A stretch of 48,272 bases of DNA from NCBI GenBank assembly GCA_007376125.1, contig VMFQ01000016.1, positions 1 through 48,272 of the forward strand. The letters run 5' to 3'. This document shows, piece after piece, positions 9,154-19,300 of the stretch. A model generated the notes under the pieces. The model was not told the DNA's origin and made no database searches. It saw only the letters and a list, made by a program, of their open reading frames with translations. The stretch's first letter is position 1. Each line of letters begins with the position of its first letter. The DNA is from Parcubacteria group bacterium Gr01-1014_33 (GTDB taxonomy: Bacteria; Patescibacteriota; Minisyncoccia; Sungbacterales; HO2-52-23). The position numbers were made by a program, and so were the translations under genes.

Positions 9154-9828
9154 TAGTTGATTTACTTCCCAATCCAAGTGCATCTGCGGAATCATCATGT
9201 TGGGATGCCATGTGCGTTTTAATTCTTCAATACTTTGCGAACGCTGATACTTGCCGCCTTCGCCCACGTAATCCGGCGCCTCTTTTAATGGCTCCACTTC
9301 ATAAAACACCATCTGGCCAACACGTCTGCCCACCACAAGGGGAATGGTAAAATACTGTGAGTTATTCGTGATCTCCATGGTCCAGCGATTGAAATATCCC
9401 ACATCTCCCCAGCCCGCGTCTTTGCAGACCTCAATAAAATTTCTGCCGAGGGACGAGCGCGAATACATTTTTGCCGCCACTTTGTTGCGTCCACCAATAA
9501 ACTCTTCGGTATGTCCTAAAATCGTTTCCCCGGGCTTTAACAGAATCACCCGATCGCTCGGCTTTACATTGGCGAGTTTTAATCCGAGCCGTTTTTCTAC
9601 TTCGTGCGCGCCTTTCGCTTGATGCGGCCCTTGCCACACGCTCCGCGTTGAATTTTCGTCATAGAGATTATGCACGGTCGCGCGCCCTTCCGGATGCCCC
9701 TCGCGCCAAAACCACTCGCCAAGCGAGATGTCATAACTTACGGTTTTGAGTTTTCGCTCGTCAAAGGGATCAATCACGATATTCCCTTCGCGCCAGTGCC
9801 GTAAAATTGCATCGCGGGACAATAGCAT
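9151..9828 (-). CDS. dcd: dCTP deaminase
   Basis: SYDISLG, ILGHTEE, SRSSLGR, GDVGYFNRWTMEITN, GKYQ. Confidence 0.9.
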   Translation of the reverse strand: MLLSRDAILRHWREGNIVIDPFDERKLKTVSYDISLGEWFWREGHPEGRATVHNLYDENSTRSVWQGPHQAKGAHEVEKRLGLKLANVKPSDRVILLKPGETILGHTEEFIGGRNKVAAKMYSRSSLGRNFIEVCKDAGWGDVGYFNRWTMEITNNSQYFTIPLVVGRRVGQMVFYEVEPLKEAPDYVGEGGKYQRSQSIEELKRTWHPNMMIPQMHLDWEVNQL

Positions 9829-9902
9829 ATCTCTATCTTATGCCTTTGGATAGAGATTTGTAAAGTAAAAGAAGTCCCGCATCCAAACGGACTGCGGGAT
9901 TG

Positions 9903-10346
9903 CTATAAAAAATGAGGTTCTGTAGCATGATCTACTGATAAGCTTTGCACCACTTGCCACATATCCCGAATACCCTCATTGATGAACCCTTGAATGCGGG
10001 AAGAAGGAAGAATCGGCACGATAAGTGGGTATATCTTTCTATGAATCAATGTTGCGGTAAGCGGGAGGCAAAATACTTGACTATTTTTCTTCACAAAAAT
10101 ACGAGGGAAAACAACTAAGAGGCGTTCTACTCGCGGGAGAATTTGCTGCTCAAAGAAGGGGATTCGAGCAGCAACCACAATTTCTCTTGTCATCCCCTCA
10201 CCCATCCATGCGAGAACCCAGCCCCACGATTCATTCAATAAAAGAGGGTGTTTAGCAAGCGAGGTCTCTTTTGAAAATTTAGTCACTATCCCGCTTACCA
10301 TAGCGTGATACTCTTTCGGTATATCTGCGTCATATAATTCAGACAT
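9903..10346 (-). CDS. Hypothetical protein
   Basis: ATG 10346 (MSELYDAD) with SD GAGGAGG; the longer track ORF runs into a repeat element. Confidence 0.6.
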   Translation of the reverse strand: MSELYDADIPKEYHAMVSGIVTKFSKETSLAKHPLLLNESWGWVLAWMGEGMTREIVVAARIPFFEQQILPRVERLLVVFPRIFVKKNSQVFCLPLTATLIHRKIYPLIVPILPSSRIQGFINEGIRDMWQVVQSLSVDHATEPHFL

Positions 10347-10428
10347 ATCCCCCTCCTCCTCTTGCATCTGTCTCAAAAATAAAAGATCCAAAGTTATTAT
10401 AGCACGGAATTTATGATTGTAGCAAGAA

Positions 10429-10593
10429 AAAGGATCGTAACCCCTCACCGCTTTGTCATTGCGAGTCCCGCTTTCAGCGGGACGCGGCAATCCCATTTCT
10501 CCGAGGTTTTAGATTGCTTCGCCAAAACGCATTAAGAATGCGTTTTGGCTCGCAATGACGGAAGAAAGGCGTGAGGGGTTTACAAAGGATCGT
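10429..10593. mobile_element. MITE-like nested palindromic element with flanking direct repeat
   Basis: AAAGGATCGT at 10429-10438 and 10584-10593; ends GTAACCCCTCAC / GTGAGGGGTTTAC; core GTCATTGCGAG...GCAATC...GATTGC...CTCGCAATGAC. Confidence 0.75.
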
Positions 10594-10614
10594 GTGATAA
10601 TTCTCTGATACCGT

Positions 10615-11253
10615 CTAATTGGCAATATTTAAAATCCTATCTAATTCTTCCTTTGAGACTAATCCGCTCCTCAATACAATCGCCTCTCTCCCGCTAAAAT
10701 CAACCACGGTGGAAGACGCGCCTTTGATTTCTCCGGCGTCAATGACAAGATCCGGTTGAAACGCGATATCATCAAAATACTTTTTTATTTCCTCAATATC
10801 TTTTGCCGGCGACTCGTTTGAAATGTTTGCCGAGGTTTGTACCAGCGGAAAATCCAATTTTTGCAGAAGCTCCAAAAGCCATGGATAATCAGGAATCCGT
10901 ATCCCGATTTTATCGCTCCCGCCGGTAAGAACTGGCGGCAGATTTTCTTTGTGGTGAAAGAGAACCGTTACTTGCCCGGGCCAGATACGCTCTAAAAATC
11001 GGGATTTTGCATCCGAGATATAGGCGAGCGTGCGTGCCACGGGGATATCGCGCACAAAAATAGGAAATACTTTTTCACTTGGGCGTTTCTTGAGGGCAAA
11101 AATCTTTTTTATCGCTTCTTCGTTTCGCGCATCGCCAAGGATTCCGTATATCGTATCGGTCGGCGCCACCATCACGCCCCCGGATGATAGCGTTTCTTTT
11201 GCCCCCGAAAGCGTTTCTTGATATGTATGTTCGTTGAGACGTCGCACCTCCAT
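10615..11253 (-). CDS. tsaC: L-threonylcarbamoyladenylate synthase (Sua5/YrdC)
   Basis: PTDTIYG, IFALKKR, WPG, GIRIP, TSANIS, SSTVVD. Confidence 0.93.
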   Translation of the reverse strand: MEVRRLNEHTYQETLSGAKETLSSGGVMVAPTDTIYGILGDARNEEAIKKIFALKKRPSEKVFPIFVRDIPVARTLAYISDAKSRFLERIWPGQVTVLFHHKENLPPVLTGGSDKIGIRIPDYPWLLELLQKLDFPLVQTSANISNESPAKDIEEIKKYFDDIAFQPDLVIDAGEIKGASSTVVDFSGREAIVLRSGLVSKEELDRILNIAN

Positions 11254-11254
11254 G

Positions 11255-12208
11255 TTATTTTACAAGTTTGAGCAGAACCTGCGCAAGCCGATCTGGGTCA
11301 TGGCGAATAAAGCCGCGAGATCGGATAAAGTTCCCAAAAATATATTTTTTATTTTTATCAAGCTCCCCCTTTTCTACACACTCGGATGATTCGTGCTCGT
11401 ATCGCGCGCGCCGGCTCGCAGATGGCCGTGTTGTGTTTATGCACACATAGTCAAGGACGTCCTTTCCGAGATATTTCTCAAGCGCGGATGTAAAATCCGC
11501 CGCGGCAAAGCCGTGCGTTTCGCCCCATTTTGTCATTATGTTGGTAACGTATACTTTTCGGCCGCGCGATTTTTTGATAGCGCGCGGGATCCCCTTTACC
11601 AAGAAATTGGGAATAATGCTTGTGTAAAGATCACCTGGGCCGATCACGATTACATCCGCGGTACGAATCGCGCGGATCGCTTCTCTATTTGCCCGCGCCG
11701 CCGGTTCAAGCCACACATTTATGATTTTCAACTTTCCGTCATGTTTCGGAATATCAATGTTAGTTTCTCCGCGGATAACAGTTCCATCTTCAAGCTCGGC
11801 AAAGAGGCGCGCGTTTCTGCGCGCTACCGGCAACACTTCTCCGCGCACGCCAAGGAGGCGCCCCGCTTCTTTGATTGCGCGCGGGAAATCTCCGGTAATG
11901 CGCTCAAGCGCGGTAAGAATAATGCTCCCGCAACTATACCCCTTAAGCCGCCCTTCTTGAAACCGATAGTTAAAAAGATCAAAGAGCACTTGATCATTGG
12001 GAAACGCCATTGCGAGAAGGGCTTTCCGCATATCGCCCGGAGGCAAAATCCCGAATTCTTCGCGCAGTACCCCGTTGGGGCCTCCATCGTCTGCGGAAGA
12101 TACGATCGCGGTTAAATCAACCGGATATTGTTTTAAGCCGGAAAGTGCCGTAAATACGCCCGTTCCTCCTCCGATCACTACGATTTTTGGCGGAGAATTT
12201 TTTCGCAT
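11255..12208 (-). CDS. yvcK: YvcK/CofD-related UDP-GlcNAc-binding protein
   Basis: IGGGTG, DDGG..G.LR, PPGD.R, GETNID, IGPGDLYTSIIPN, RHD. Confidence 0.9.
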   Translation of the reverse strand: MRKNSPPKIVVIGGGTGVFTALSGLKQYPVDLTAIVSSADDGGPNGVLREEFGILPPGDMRKALLAMAFPNDQVLFDLFNYRFQEGRLKGYSCGSIILTALERITGDFPRAIKEAGRLLGVRGEVLPVARRNARLFAELEDGTVIRGETNIDIPKHDGKLKIINVWLEPAARANREAIRAIRTADVIVIGPGDLYTSIIPNFLVKGIPRAIKKSRGRKVYVTNIMTKWGETHGFAAADFTSALEKYLGKDVLDYVCINTTRPSASRRARYEHESSECVEKGELDKNKKYIFGNFIRSRGFIRHDPDRLAQVLLKLVK

Positions 12209-12816
12209 AGCGTTTTTGCTTCGCTCATATTTTTTACCACTGCATCCGCGTGGGCGCTTTTTGAGACAGTGCGCCGCCTTCTCATCTGGATAACCATTGC
12301 CTGCGGAAATTCTTTTTTCACTTTATCCGCAATTTCTTTTTTATCGTCAATAAAAATAAAAGCTCTGTCTCCGTGACCGACAACGCGCGCCAGTGGCTCT
12401 TTTTTTGACACACTTTTTACTACGAACACTTGCTTAAAAAACGGCGTAAGCTTACTTGCCTTGATTTTCTCGCGCTGGAACGAATGACCGGTGCTTACCA
12501 AAAAAAGGGGAACTTTTTGCATTTTAAAATATGACAAGAATTCCTCCGCGTCTGGATAGACGTAACGAAAAGACATTTTTACAAACATAGAAATCGCCCG
12601 CGCAAGTTCTTCTTTATGAAGACGAGGATACTGTTTTTGCAGAATGGCAAGATGGACATCTGGTGCGTAGTATCCGCCCGTTTTTATTTTTGCCGCGTGA
12701 TATGTGGATTGGTATGCGGCTTTGGATATCCCAAAACGCTTAAAAACCAAGGTGTAGTCTTTTTTAAACCGTTCGTCGTCAAGGAGCACTCCGTCAAAAT
12801 CAAGCACAATATTCAT
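12178..12816 (-). CDS. HAD-superfamily hydrolase
   Basis: DFDGVLLD motif I, LVSTG, FIDDK. Confidence 0.85.
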   Translation of the reverse strand: MNIVLDFDGVLLDDERFKKDYTLVFKRFGISKAAYQSTYHAAKIKTGGYYAPDVHLAILQKQYPRLHKEELARAISMFVKMSFRYVYPDAEEFLSYFKMQKVPLFLVSTGHSFQREKIKASKLTPFFKQVFVVKSVSKKEPLARVVGHGDRAFIFIDDKKEIADKVKKEFPQAMVIQMRRRRTVSKSAHADAVVKNMSEAKTLCEKILRQKS

Positions 12817-12825
12817 ACATTTTAT

Positions 12826-13281
12826 TCAAAGCGAAATACGATACACATTGGCTTCCCGCTTTATAAAACCCATTTTCAGATACCACTGATTTGCCTTTTT
12901 TCTGTTCCGGCGGCTGGTAAGATTAAGGTGCACGGCGCCTTTTGCCCGCGCATGCGCTATCAGTTCTTTGACCAGCGCACTCCCAAGGCCGCGGTTGCGA
13001 TATTCTTTACCAATCACCACGTCCTCCATCCACGCGCAAAGAAACATGGGGATTCTCATAAGCACGATTGTTCCCATGCCAACAATACGCGTTCCGTCCC
13101 ATACGACAAAAAGCGCGTTATTTTCATCAGAAAGTATTTTTTTTAATTCTGCGGGCGCGAGCGGTTTTGCGGACGAGGATAGCTGGGGCAGTAACCCATT
13201 GATATCTTCGTGTGCGCGATCGCTATAGTGGGTTAAACGACTGACGGTAATCATTGTTTTAGCATAATTATTGCTCATCAT
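12826..13281 (-). CDS. GNAT N-acetyltransferase
   Basis: EDVVI..EYRNRGLGSAL, LTS...R..AN..Y.KMGF. Confidence 0.88.
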   Translation of the reverse strand: MMSNNYAKTMITVSRLTHYSDRAHEDINGLLPQLSSSAKPLAPAELKKILSDENNALFVVWDGTRIVGMGTIVLMRIPMFLCAWMEDVVIGKEYRNRGLGSALVKELIAHARAKGAVHLNLTSRRNRKKANQWYLKMGFIKREANVYRISL

Positions 13282-13365
13282 ATAAAAATTTTTGCTTATC
13301 GCGCCGCGCTCATCTTCTCCAAAAAAGAACCCGCTTGTTTTGTCAAAACGGGAAATTGCAGAAAA

Positions 13366-13682
13366 CTATTCGTTTATTTCTTCTTCCACCCTGTCTCCGC
13401 CGGAATGATACTTTCCTAATGAGAGAACAGGTACAACAAAAGCAGTACATAAGAAGATAACCTGCCCTATACACTGGAACACATAGCAAAGCCCGATGGA
13501 TATAAAAAGCCCGAGGTAGAGTGGAAATGCTATTAGAACTATCTGTCCCAACGTTCGGAAAAAAAAATAAACAAAGGGGTCGGATGCCTCATTTCATCAC
13601 GAAAAACAAGGAAAGCCAACACCAACCCAACACATATCCAAATGCCAAAGAATAAACCCGTGCCCCATTGTATGTATCCCAT
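13366..13682 (-). pseudogene. Small membrane protein gene frameshifted in a 9-nt homopolymer
   Basis: ATG 13682 with strong SD (MGYIQWGTGLFF...); one extra base in the A9 run at 13559-13567 would join it to the 13366-13551 ORF. Confidence 0.5.
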
Positions 13683-13735
13683 AACCGGCTCCTCCCCTTT
13701 TTTATTTCAAAAGAACTTTATTTTCTGTATATACT

Positions 13736-13902
13736 TTACTCCACCACTACGCTTTTTGCAAGATTTCTCGGTTTGTCCACCCTGCACCAATTCCGATCAG
13801 GCCACTACCCAACAGAGGATATGTGTCTCGGTAGCGCCTGCGGCTTTTGTTGTCGTTACACAGGATTCATTCCAGAACTGGTACGGGGCACACATCATAC
13901 CC
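13736..13902 (-). pseudogene. glmS: Stranded duplicate of the glmS 3' end split by a MITE-like insert
   Basis: GYDV (13891-13902), insert, then VDKPRNLAKSVVVE* (13736-13780); the gene itself ends GYDVDKPRNLAKSVTVE*. Confidence 0.85.
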
Positions 13903-15655
13903 TTATTCCACAGTCACTGACTTTGCAAGGTTCCGTGGCTTGTCTACGTCGTATCCCCTTAATACCCCGAAATGGTACGCAAAAAGCTGGAGCGGGACTA
14001 CCGCAAGAAGAGGATTTAGGATCTCAAGTGTACGAGGTATAAAAATAATGTCATCCGCAAGGTCCTTCATATTTTCATCGCCTTCAGTTGCGATCGCAAT
14101 AATCGGCCCCCTGCGCGCTTTTAACTCCTGTATATTAGAAAGCATTTTTTCGTATACCGAGTCCTGCGGCGCAATGCACACCGAAGGAAAATTTTCGTGA
14201 ATCATTGCGATTGGCCCGTGCTTCATCTCGCCCGCGCCGTATCCTTCCGCATGCACATACGAGACCTCTTTTAATTTAAGCGCGCCCTCGTATGCGACCG
14301 GCAAATTATATTTTCTTCCCAAAAAGAAAAAGTTCTCGGCATATTGATACTTTTGGGCGAGTTTCTGAACTGCATTGTTTTGTTGGAGAATGTTTCGCAT
14401 CGCTTCAGGGATGCGCGAAAGTTGATCTAAAATTTTTTGCCCATGGCCCCGACTCATACCACGCGCTCTGCCAAGCATAAGCGCAAACAAGGTTAAGAGG
14501 GCAACTTGCGAAGTAAACGCTTTTGTGGAAGCCACTCCTATTTCCGGCCCCACATGCTGATATACTCCCGCATCGGTTTCGCGGGCGATGGTAGATCCTA
14601 CCACATTGACAATTCCGAGCGTGGGAATGCCTGCTTTTTTTGCCTCACGAAGTGCTGCAAGAGTATCTGCGGTTTCTCCAGATTGGGAAATCGCCAAAAA
14701 AATATCTCCTTTCTGAAATACCGGACTGCGGTAGCGAAATTCAGACGCCACATCAATTTTTGCCGGAATCCCGGCACATTCTTCAAAGAGATACTCTCCT
14801 ATGCGCCCGGCAAATGCGGCGGTCCCGCAGGCGGAAATCAAAATACGTTTTGCATCTTTTAATTTGTCTTCCGCGTCCCGTAATCCTCCCAGCCGCGCGG
14901 TACCGCTTTCTTTTACCATCCGCCCGCGGATGGAGTTTTCAACTGCTTCCGGCTCTTCAAAGATTTCCTTGAGCATAAAATGCGGGTATCCGCCTTTTTG
15001 CGCGCGTGAGCACCGCAATCTCGCCATCATCTAAATACACAATCTGCTTCGTGTGTGCGAGCAGGGCGGATGCGTCTGATGCGACAAAGTATTCTCCTTT
15101 GCCGATGCCTAACAAAAGCGGGCTAAAATTTCTCGCGGCGATAAGTTTCTCCGGCTCTTTTGCATACATAATGCAAAGACCGTATGTGCCGCGGATTTTT
15201 TTAAGGGTGTTTCTCGCCGCATCTTCAAACGGCGCGCCCCCAAGTTCTTCTTCAATCAAATGAGCAATAACCTCCGTATCGGTTTCGGACTTAAAGCGAT
15301 GGCCTTTTTGCAAAAGTTCGTTTTTTAATTCCCTGTGGTTTTCAATGATGCCGTTATGGACAAGCCAAATTTCGCCCTTGCAATCGGAGTGGGGATGCGC
15401 ATTTTCTTCGGTAACCCCGCCGTGCGTTGCCCATCGGCTATGCCCGATTCCGAGAGTTCCTTTCACATCGTCCGCGTTCAGCAATTTTTCTTCAAGCATC
15501 GCGATTTTTCCCAATGCTTTTTCGTAAAACACGCTTTTGTGTTTGCATACGGCAACGCCCGCGGAATCATATCCGCGGTACTCCATTTTTTTTAGCCCTT
15601 CCATGAGAATCGGAAGCGCGTTTTGTTTTCCGATGTATCCGATGATGCCACACAT
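13903..15655 (-). CDS. glmS: Glutamine--fructose-6-phosphate aminotransferase, broken by an internal deletion and frameshift near 15003
   Basis: MCGIIG, EYRGYDSAG, GHSRWATHG in the 5' ORF; SQSGETADT, VASTKAF, EGALKLKE, PRNLAKSVTVE in the 3' ORF; the linker between EIAVLT and AQKGGY is absent. Confidence 0.92.
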
Positions 15656-15760
15656 AGTTTTCCTATTATAAAACGCTATTTTCCCTCTTAATGTATCACA
15701 TTAGAAAAAAACAGAGGCACTTGTTGTGCCTCGTAACGATAGAAACAGGACTCCTCACCC

Positions 15761-16309
15761 TCAATCGTGGATTTGGATACAGGCGCGAAATTCTTCACAT
15801 ATAGGTGATTCGGCAATGTCTTCGCAAAATGCGATAGCTTTCTGCTCTCTTATCTGCCATAAGGACAGGGGAAGGGGTATCACGCCAAGAATGACTAACC
15901 AAGCACCTATTCCACCCAAATTAAGCGCTAAAGGATGAGATTCTCCTACAAAAAGGGAAACTCCTAATGCTCCCAAGGAACACAGTGCGCCCGTCATACA
16001 GACTTCGTATCTCCAGATAAACGCCCATCTACTTACCGACCACCAATGGCCAAGTTCGTGCAAAAGATGGTCAAGGATCGCATTTCGGATATATTCTTTG
16101 CTTACGGAAAGGCGTAGACGCACATCAATATGGTTAATAACTATCTTATTGAATAAAGGAATAAAATATGCCGGCGCTCTTTGCTTTCTGTTGTTCAAAA
16201 ACTGAATCCATGGGCAACGCTTTTTAGAAAAACGCAACCGCAAGATCTTTTCGAAACGATCATTGTCAAACTCCAAGATATATGGACTATCCCTTAACTG
16301 TCGGATCAT
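15761..16309 (-). CDS. Hypothetical membrane protein with HExxH motif
   Basis: LLHELGH then two TM segments; SD AAGGAGG before ATG 16309. Confidence 0.55.
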   Translation of the reverse strand: MIRQLRDSPYILEFDNDRFEKILRLRFSKKRCPWIQFLNNRKQRAPAYFIPLFNKIVINHIDVRLRLSVSKEYIRNAILDHLLHELGHWWSVSRWAFIWRYEVCMTGALCSLGALGVSLFVGESHPLALNLGGIGAWLVILGVIPLPLSLWQIREQKAIAFCEDIAESPICEEFRACIQIHD

Positions 16310-16395
16310 GAGAAACCCTCCTTGCAAGATTTATACTATCCGAATTTAAACAACTATATTAAAGTTTACATACCGATAGGGAATTGTCAAATTTT

Positions 16396-19300
16396 TCAAA
16401 CTACAAAATTGATAAGCTTATTCTGGACAAAAATAATTTTCTTCGGCTCTGTGGTAAGAAACTTTCGGACTTGTTCAATTTGCATTGCGGCATCTTTTGC
16501 CTCTTTTTCTTTGGCACCCATCGGAAGTGTTGCGCGCCCGCGCAATTTACCGTTTACTTGGATCACGAGTTCAAACGTGTCTTCTTGAATGAGCTTCGGA
16601 TTGTATTTAGGCCACAGCTCAAGATGAATAGACCGAAAGGTTGTAGGTTGTAGGTTGTAGGTTGTAGAAAAAATTCTTTGCCACAATTCTTCAGAAATGT
16701 GTGGCGCAAAAGGCGCAAGAAGTTTCAAGAAAACGTTTATATCCTCTCCGCTCACCTTCTCCTTGTTTGATTCAAACTCATTTAACAAAACCATAAGCGC
16801 CGAGATCGCGGTGTTGTATTGCAAATTCTCAATATCTTCGGTAACTTTTTTGGTTGTCTGATGCAGTATCTTTTGTATTTTTGATTTGGGATTTGGGACT
16901 TTTTTGGAAATTGGGATTTGGGATCTGAGATTTTGCGAGATTTGTACCTGACCAAACCTCCAGACGCGCTCAAGAAATCTGGTGATCCCCTTTATGCCCG
17001 TATCGCGAAAATCTCCCCCCTGTTCAAACGGCCCCAAAAACATAAGATACATCCGCAGAGCGTCCGCGCCGTAGGCGCGGATGTATTCATCCGGATTCAC
17101 GACATTCCCTTTGGACTTGGACATCTTGGCGCCGTCTTTGATTAAGAGGCCGTGCGCGCGAAATTTCGCAAACGGCTCTTCAAAGTGCGTAAGCCCCCAG
17201 TCGGAAAACACCATCGCGAGAAACCGCGAATACAAGAGATGCAGGACCGAGTGCTCCGCGCCGCCGATATACATGTGCACCGGAAGCCATTTTTTTGTAA
17301 TTGCCGGATTCCATGGTTTTTTCTCCTCGCGAACCGATGGATAACGCAAAAAATACCAGGCAGAATCCAAAAACGTATCCGAAACATCAGTTTCCCGCCT
17401 TGCCCACGATTTGCACTTTGGGCAACGGACTTTATAAAACCTTTCAACTGATGCAAGGGGGGATTTTCCCGTGCCCGTAGGACGAAATTTTTTAATGTAG
17501 GGCAACCGCACCGGCAAGTCCTTTTCCGGAACAGGATGCCATCCTAATCCGTCCGAAGTCGGACTTCCATCGGAAGTCCGACTTCGCTTTGCGCAATTTT
17601 CGCAAAAAATCATAGGAATTGGGGGCCCCCAGTAACGCTGGCGTGAAATCAGCCAATCGCGAAGGCGGTAATGTACAGTTCGTTTCCCTTTCACAAATTT
17701 CGTAATCTCCCATTTTGCTTTTTCAGAGTCCGTACCGGTAAATTTTCCTGAATTTATCAAAATGCCGGAATTTGTATGCACGCGTTGATGGAAAATTGAC
17801 GGGGCACTCGTCGTATCATACCTAAGCTCAATGGCGCGTCCAACTGCTTGCTTTAAAAAACGAATCCAATGATCATGTTCGTGATTATAGTTGTTCCGCT
17901 CTAGGTTCTCGAGAATTTCTCCTGCACTTACCCACTCCACTATGAAGTCTTCGTGTGTCTCAAGTTTTTGTTCCTGAACTGCAGTTGTTTTTAGTATCAC
18001 TAAAAAGCAGGTTGCCTTGGCAAAACGATCCACATTGCGAGGAATATTGTGATAATGAGCAAATGCCGTCTCAATCTGTTCAACATGAACGAAATCATAA
18101 TATCCGCTTTCCTCTTTTATCTCCCGCAAAATTCCTTTTTCAATATCTTCCCCCTCCTCTACTCCTCCGGAGAATAGTCCGTACCATTCTCGTTCTCCCT
18201 TTTTCCAATGGGCTATCGCATACTTTTGCGTTTCAGGATCAAAAACTACTCCGGAACCACCATCTCTGAATTCCTCTTTATTGCGTTTCTCGCCAGTTTC
18301 TGGAGCAACAATCTGACGAATCGGCAAATCAAACTTCTTTGCAAACTCAAAGTCGCGCTCGTCGTGTGCAGGAACTGCCATAATCGCGCCCGTGCCTATA
18401 TTACCCAGAACATAATCTGCAACCCAAATTGGAATCATTTCCCCATTTGCCGGATTGATTGCTTTTACTCCTTTTAGTTCAACTCCGGTTTTTTCTTTGC
18501 TCGCGGCAATTCGCTCTTCTTCAGATTTCGATTTCGCGTTTTGGATGTATCCTCGGACTTCCCCATAATTCATAATTCCTGATTCCTGATTCATCAGCAT
18601 CGGATGCTCCGGCGCCACCACCAAATACGTCGCCCCGAAAAGCGTATCCGCCCTTGTGGTAAATACCTCAATAAACGCTGACTCACGCTGACTGGACGCG
18701 GACTTACGCAGAATTTCCGTGTTAGTCCGCGTCGTGTCCGCGTAGTTCCGCGAGAGAGCGAACTTTATAAGTGCGCCCTCCGATCTCCCGATCCAATTCC
18801 TCTGCGCGATTTTTATCCGCTCGGACCAATCAATTTTTTCTAAATTCTTCAAAAGCCGTTCCGCATAATCAGTAATCTTAAAAAACCACTGCTCCAAATC
18901 TTTTTTGTGGACTTTTGATCCGCACCTCTCACATTCCCCGGAAATCACCTGCTCATCCGCAAGCACTGTTTTGCACGAAGGACACCAATTTACGGCTTGC
19001 TTCTTTCTATATGCGAGACCCTCTTTAAAGAGCCGCACAAAAATCCATTGAGTCCATTTATAGTATTCGGGATCGTACGTTTCAAGCCGCTCTTGCCACG
19101 CAAAGCCGTTTCCGATCATCTGGAGCTGGCGATAAAAATTCTTTTCGGTGATCCGCGAAAGTTCCATCGGATGTTTTCCGATTTTCAACGCATAATTTTC
19201 AGAATGTATTCCAAACCCGTCCAGCCCAATCGGCTCAAATACATCATACCCTTGCATCCGCTTAAAACGCCCATAAATATCCGCGCCGGTAAATGCATAC

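Noticed and set aside
11393..12115. Long antisense ORFs (this one, 32394-33140, 37951-38580, 2479-3096 and similar)
   Set aside because: They shadow well-supported genes on the other strand or frame and have no recognisable motifs.
14957..15030. Programmed frameshifting in glmS (also ileS, infC)
   Set aside because: Conserved residues are missing at each junction, so a simple shift could not restore the protein.
15656..15760. glmS ribozyme
   Set aside because: No recognisable core, and a TATAAT box ends 9 nt before the ATG, leaving no room.
17800..18290. Inteins or introns in leuS and ileS
   Set aside because: The inserts carry NUDIX and His-phosphatase motifs, with no intein-type termini or homing-endonuclease motifs noticed.
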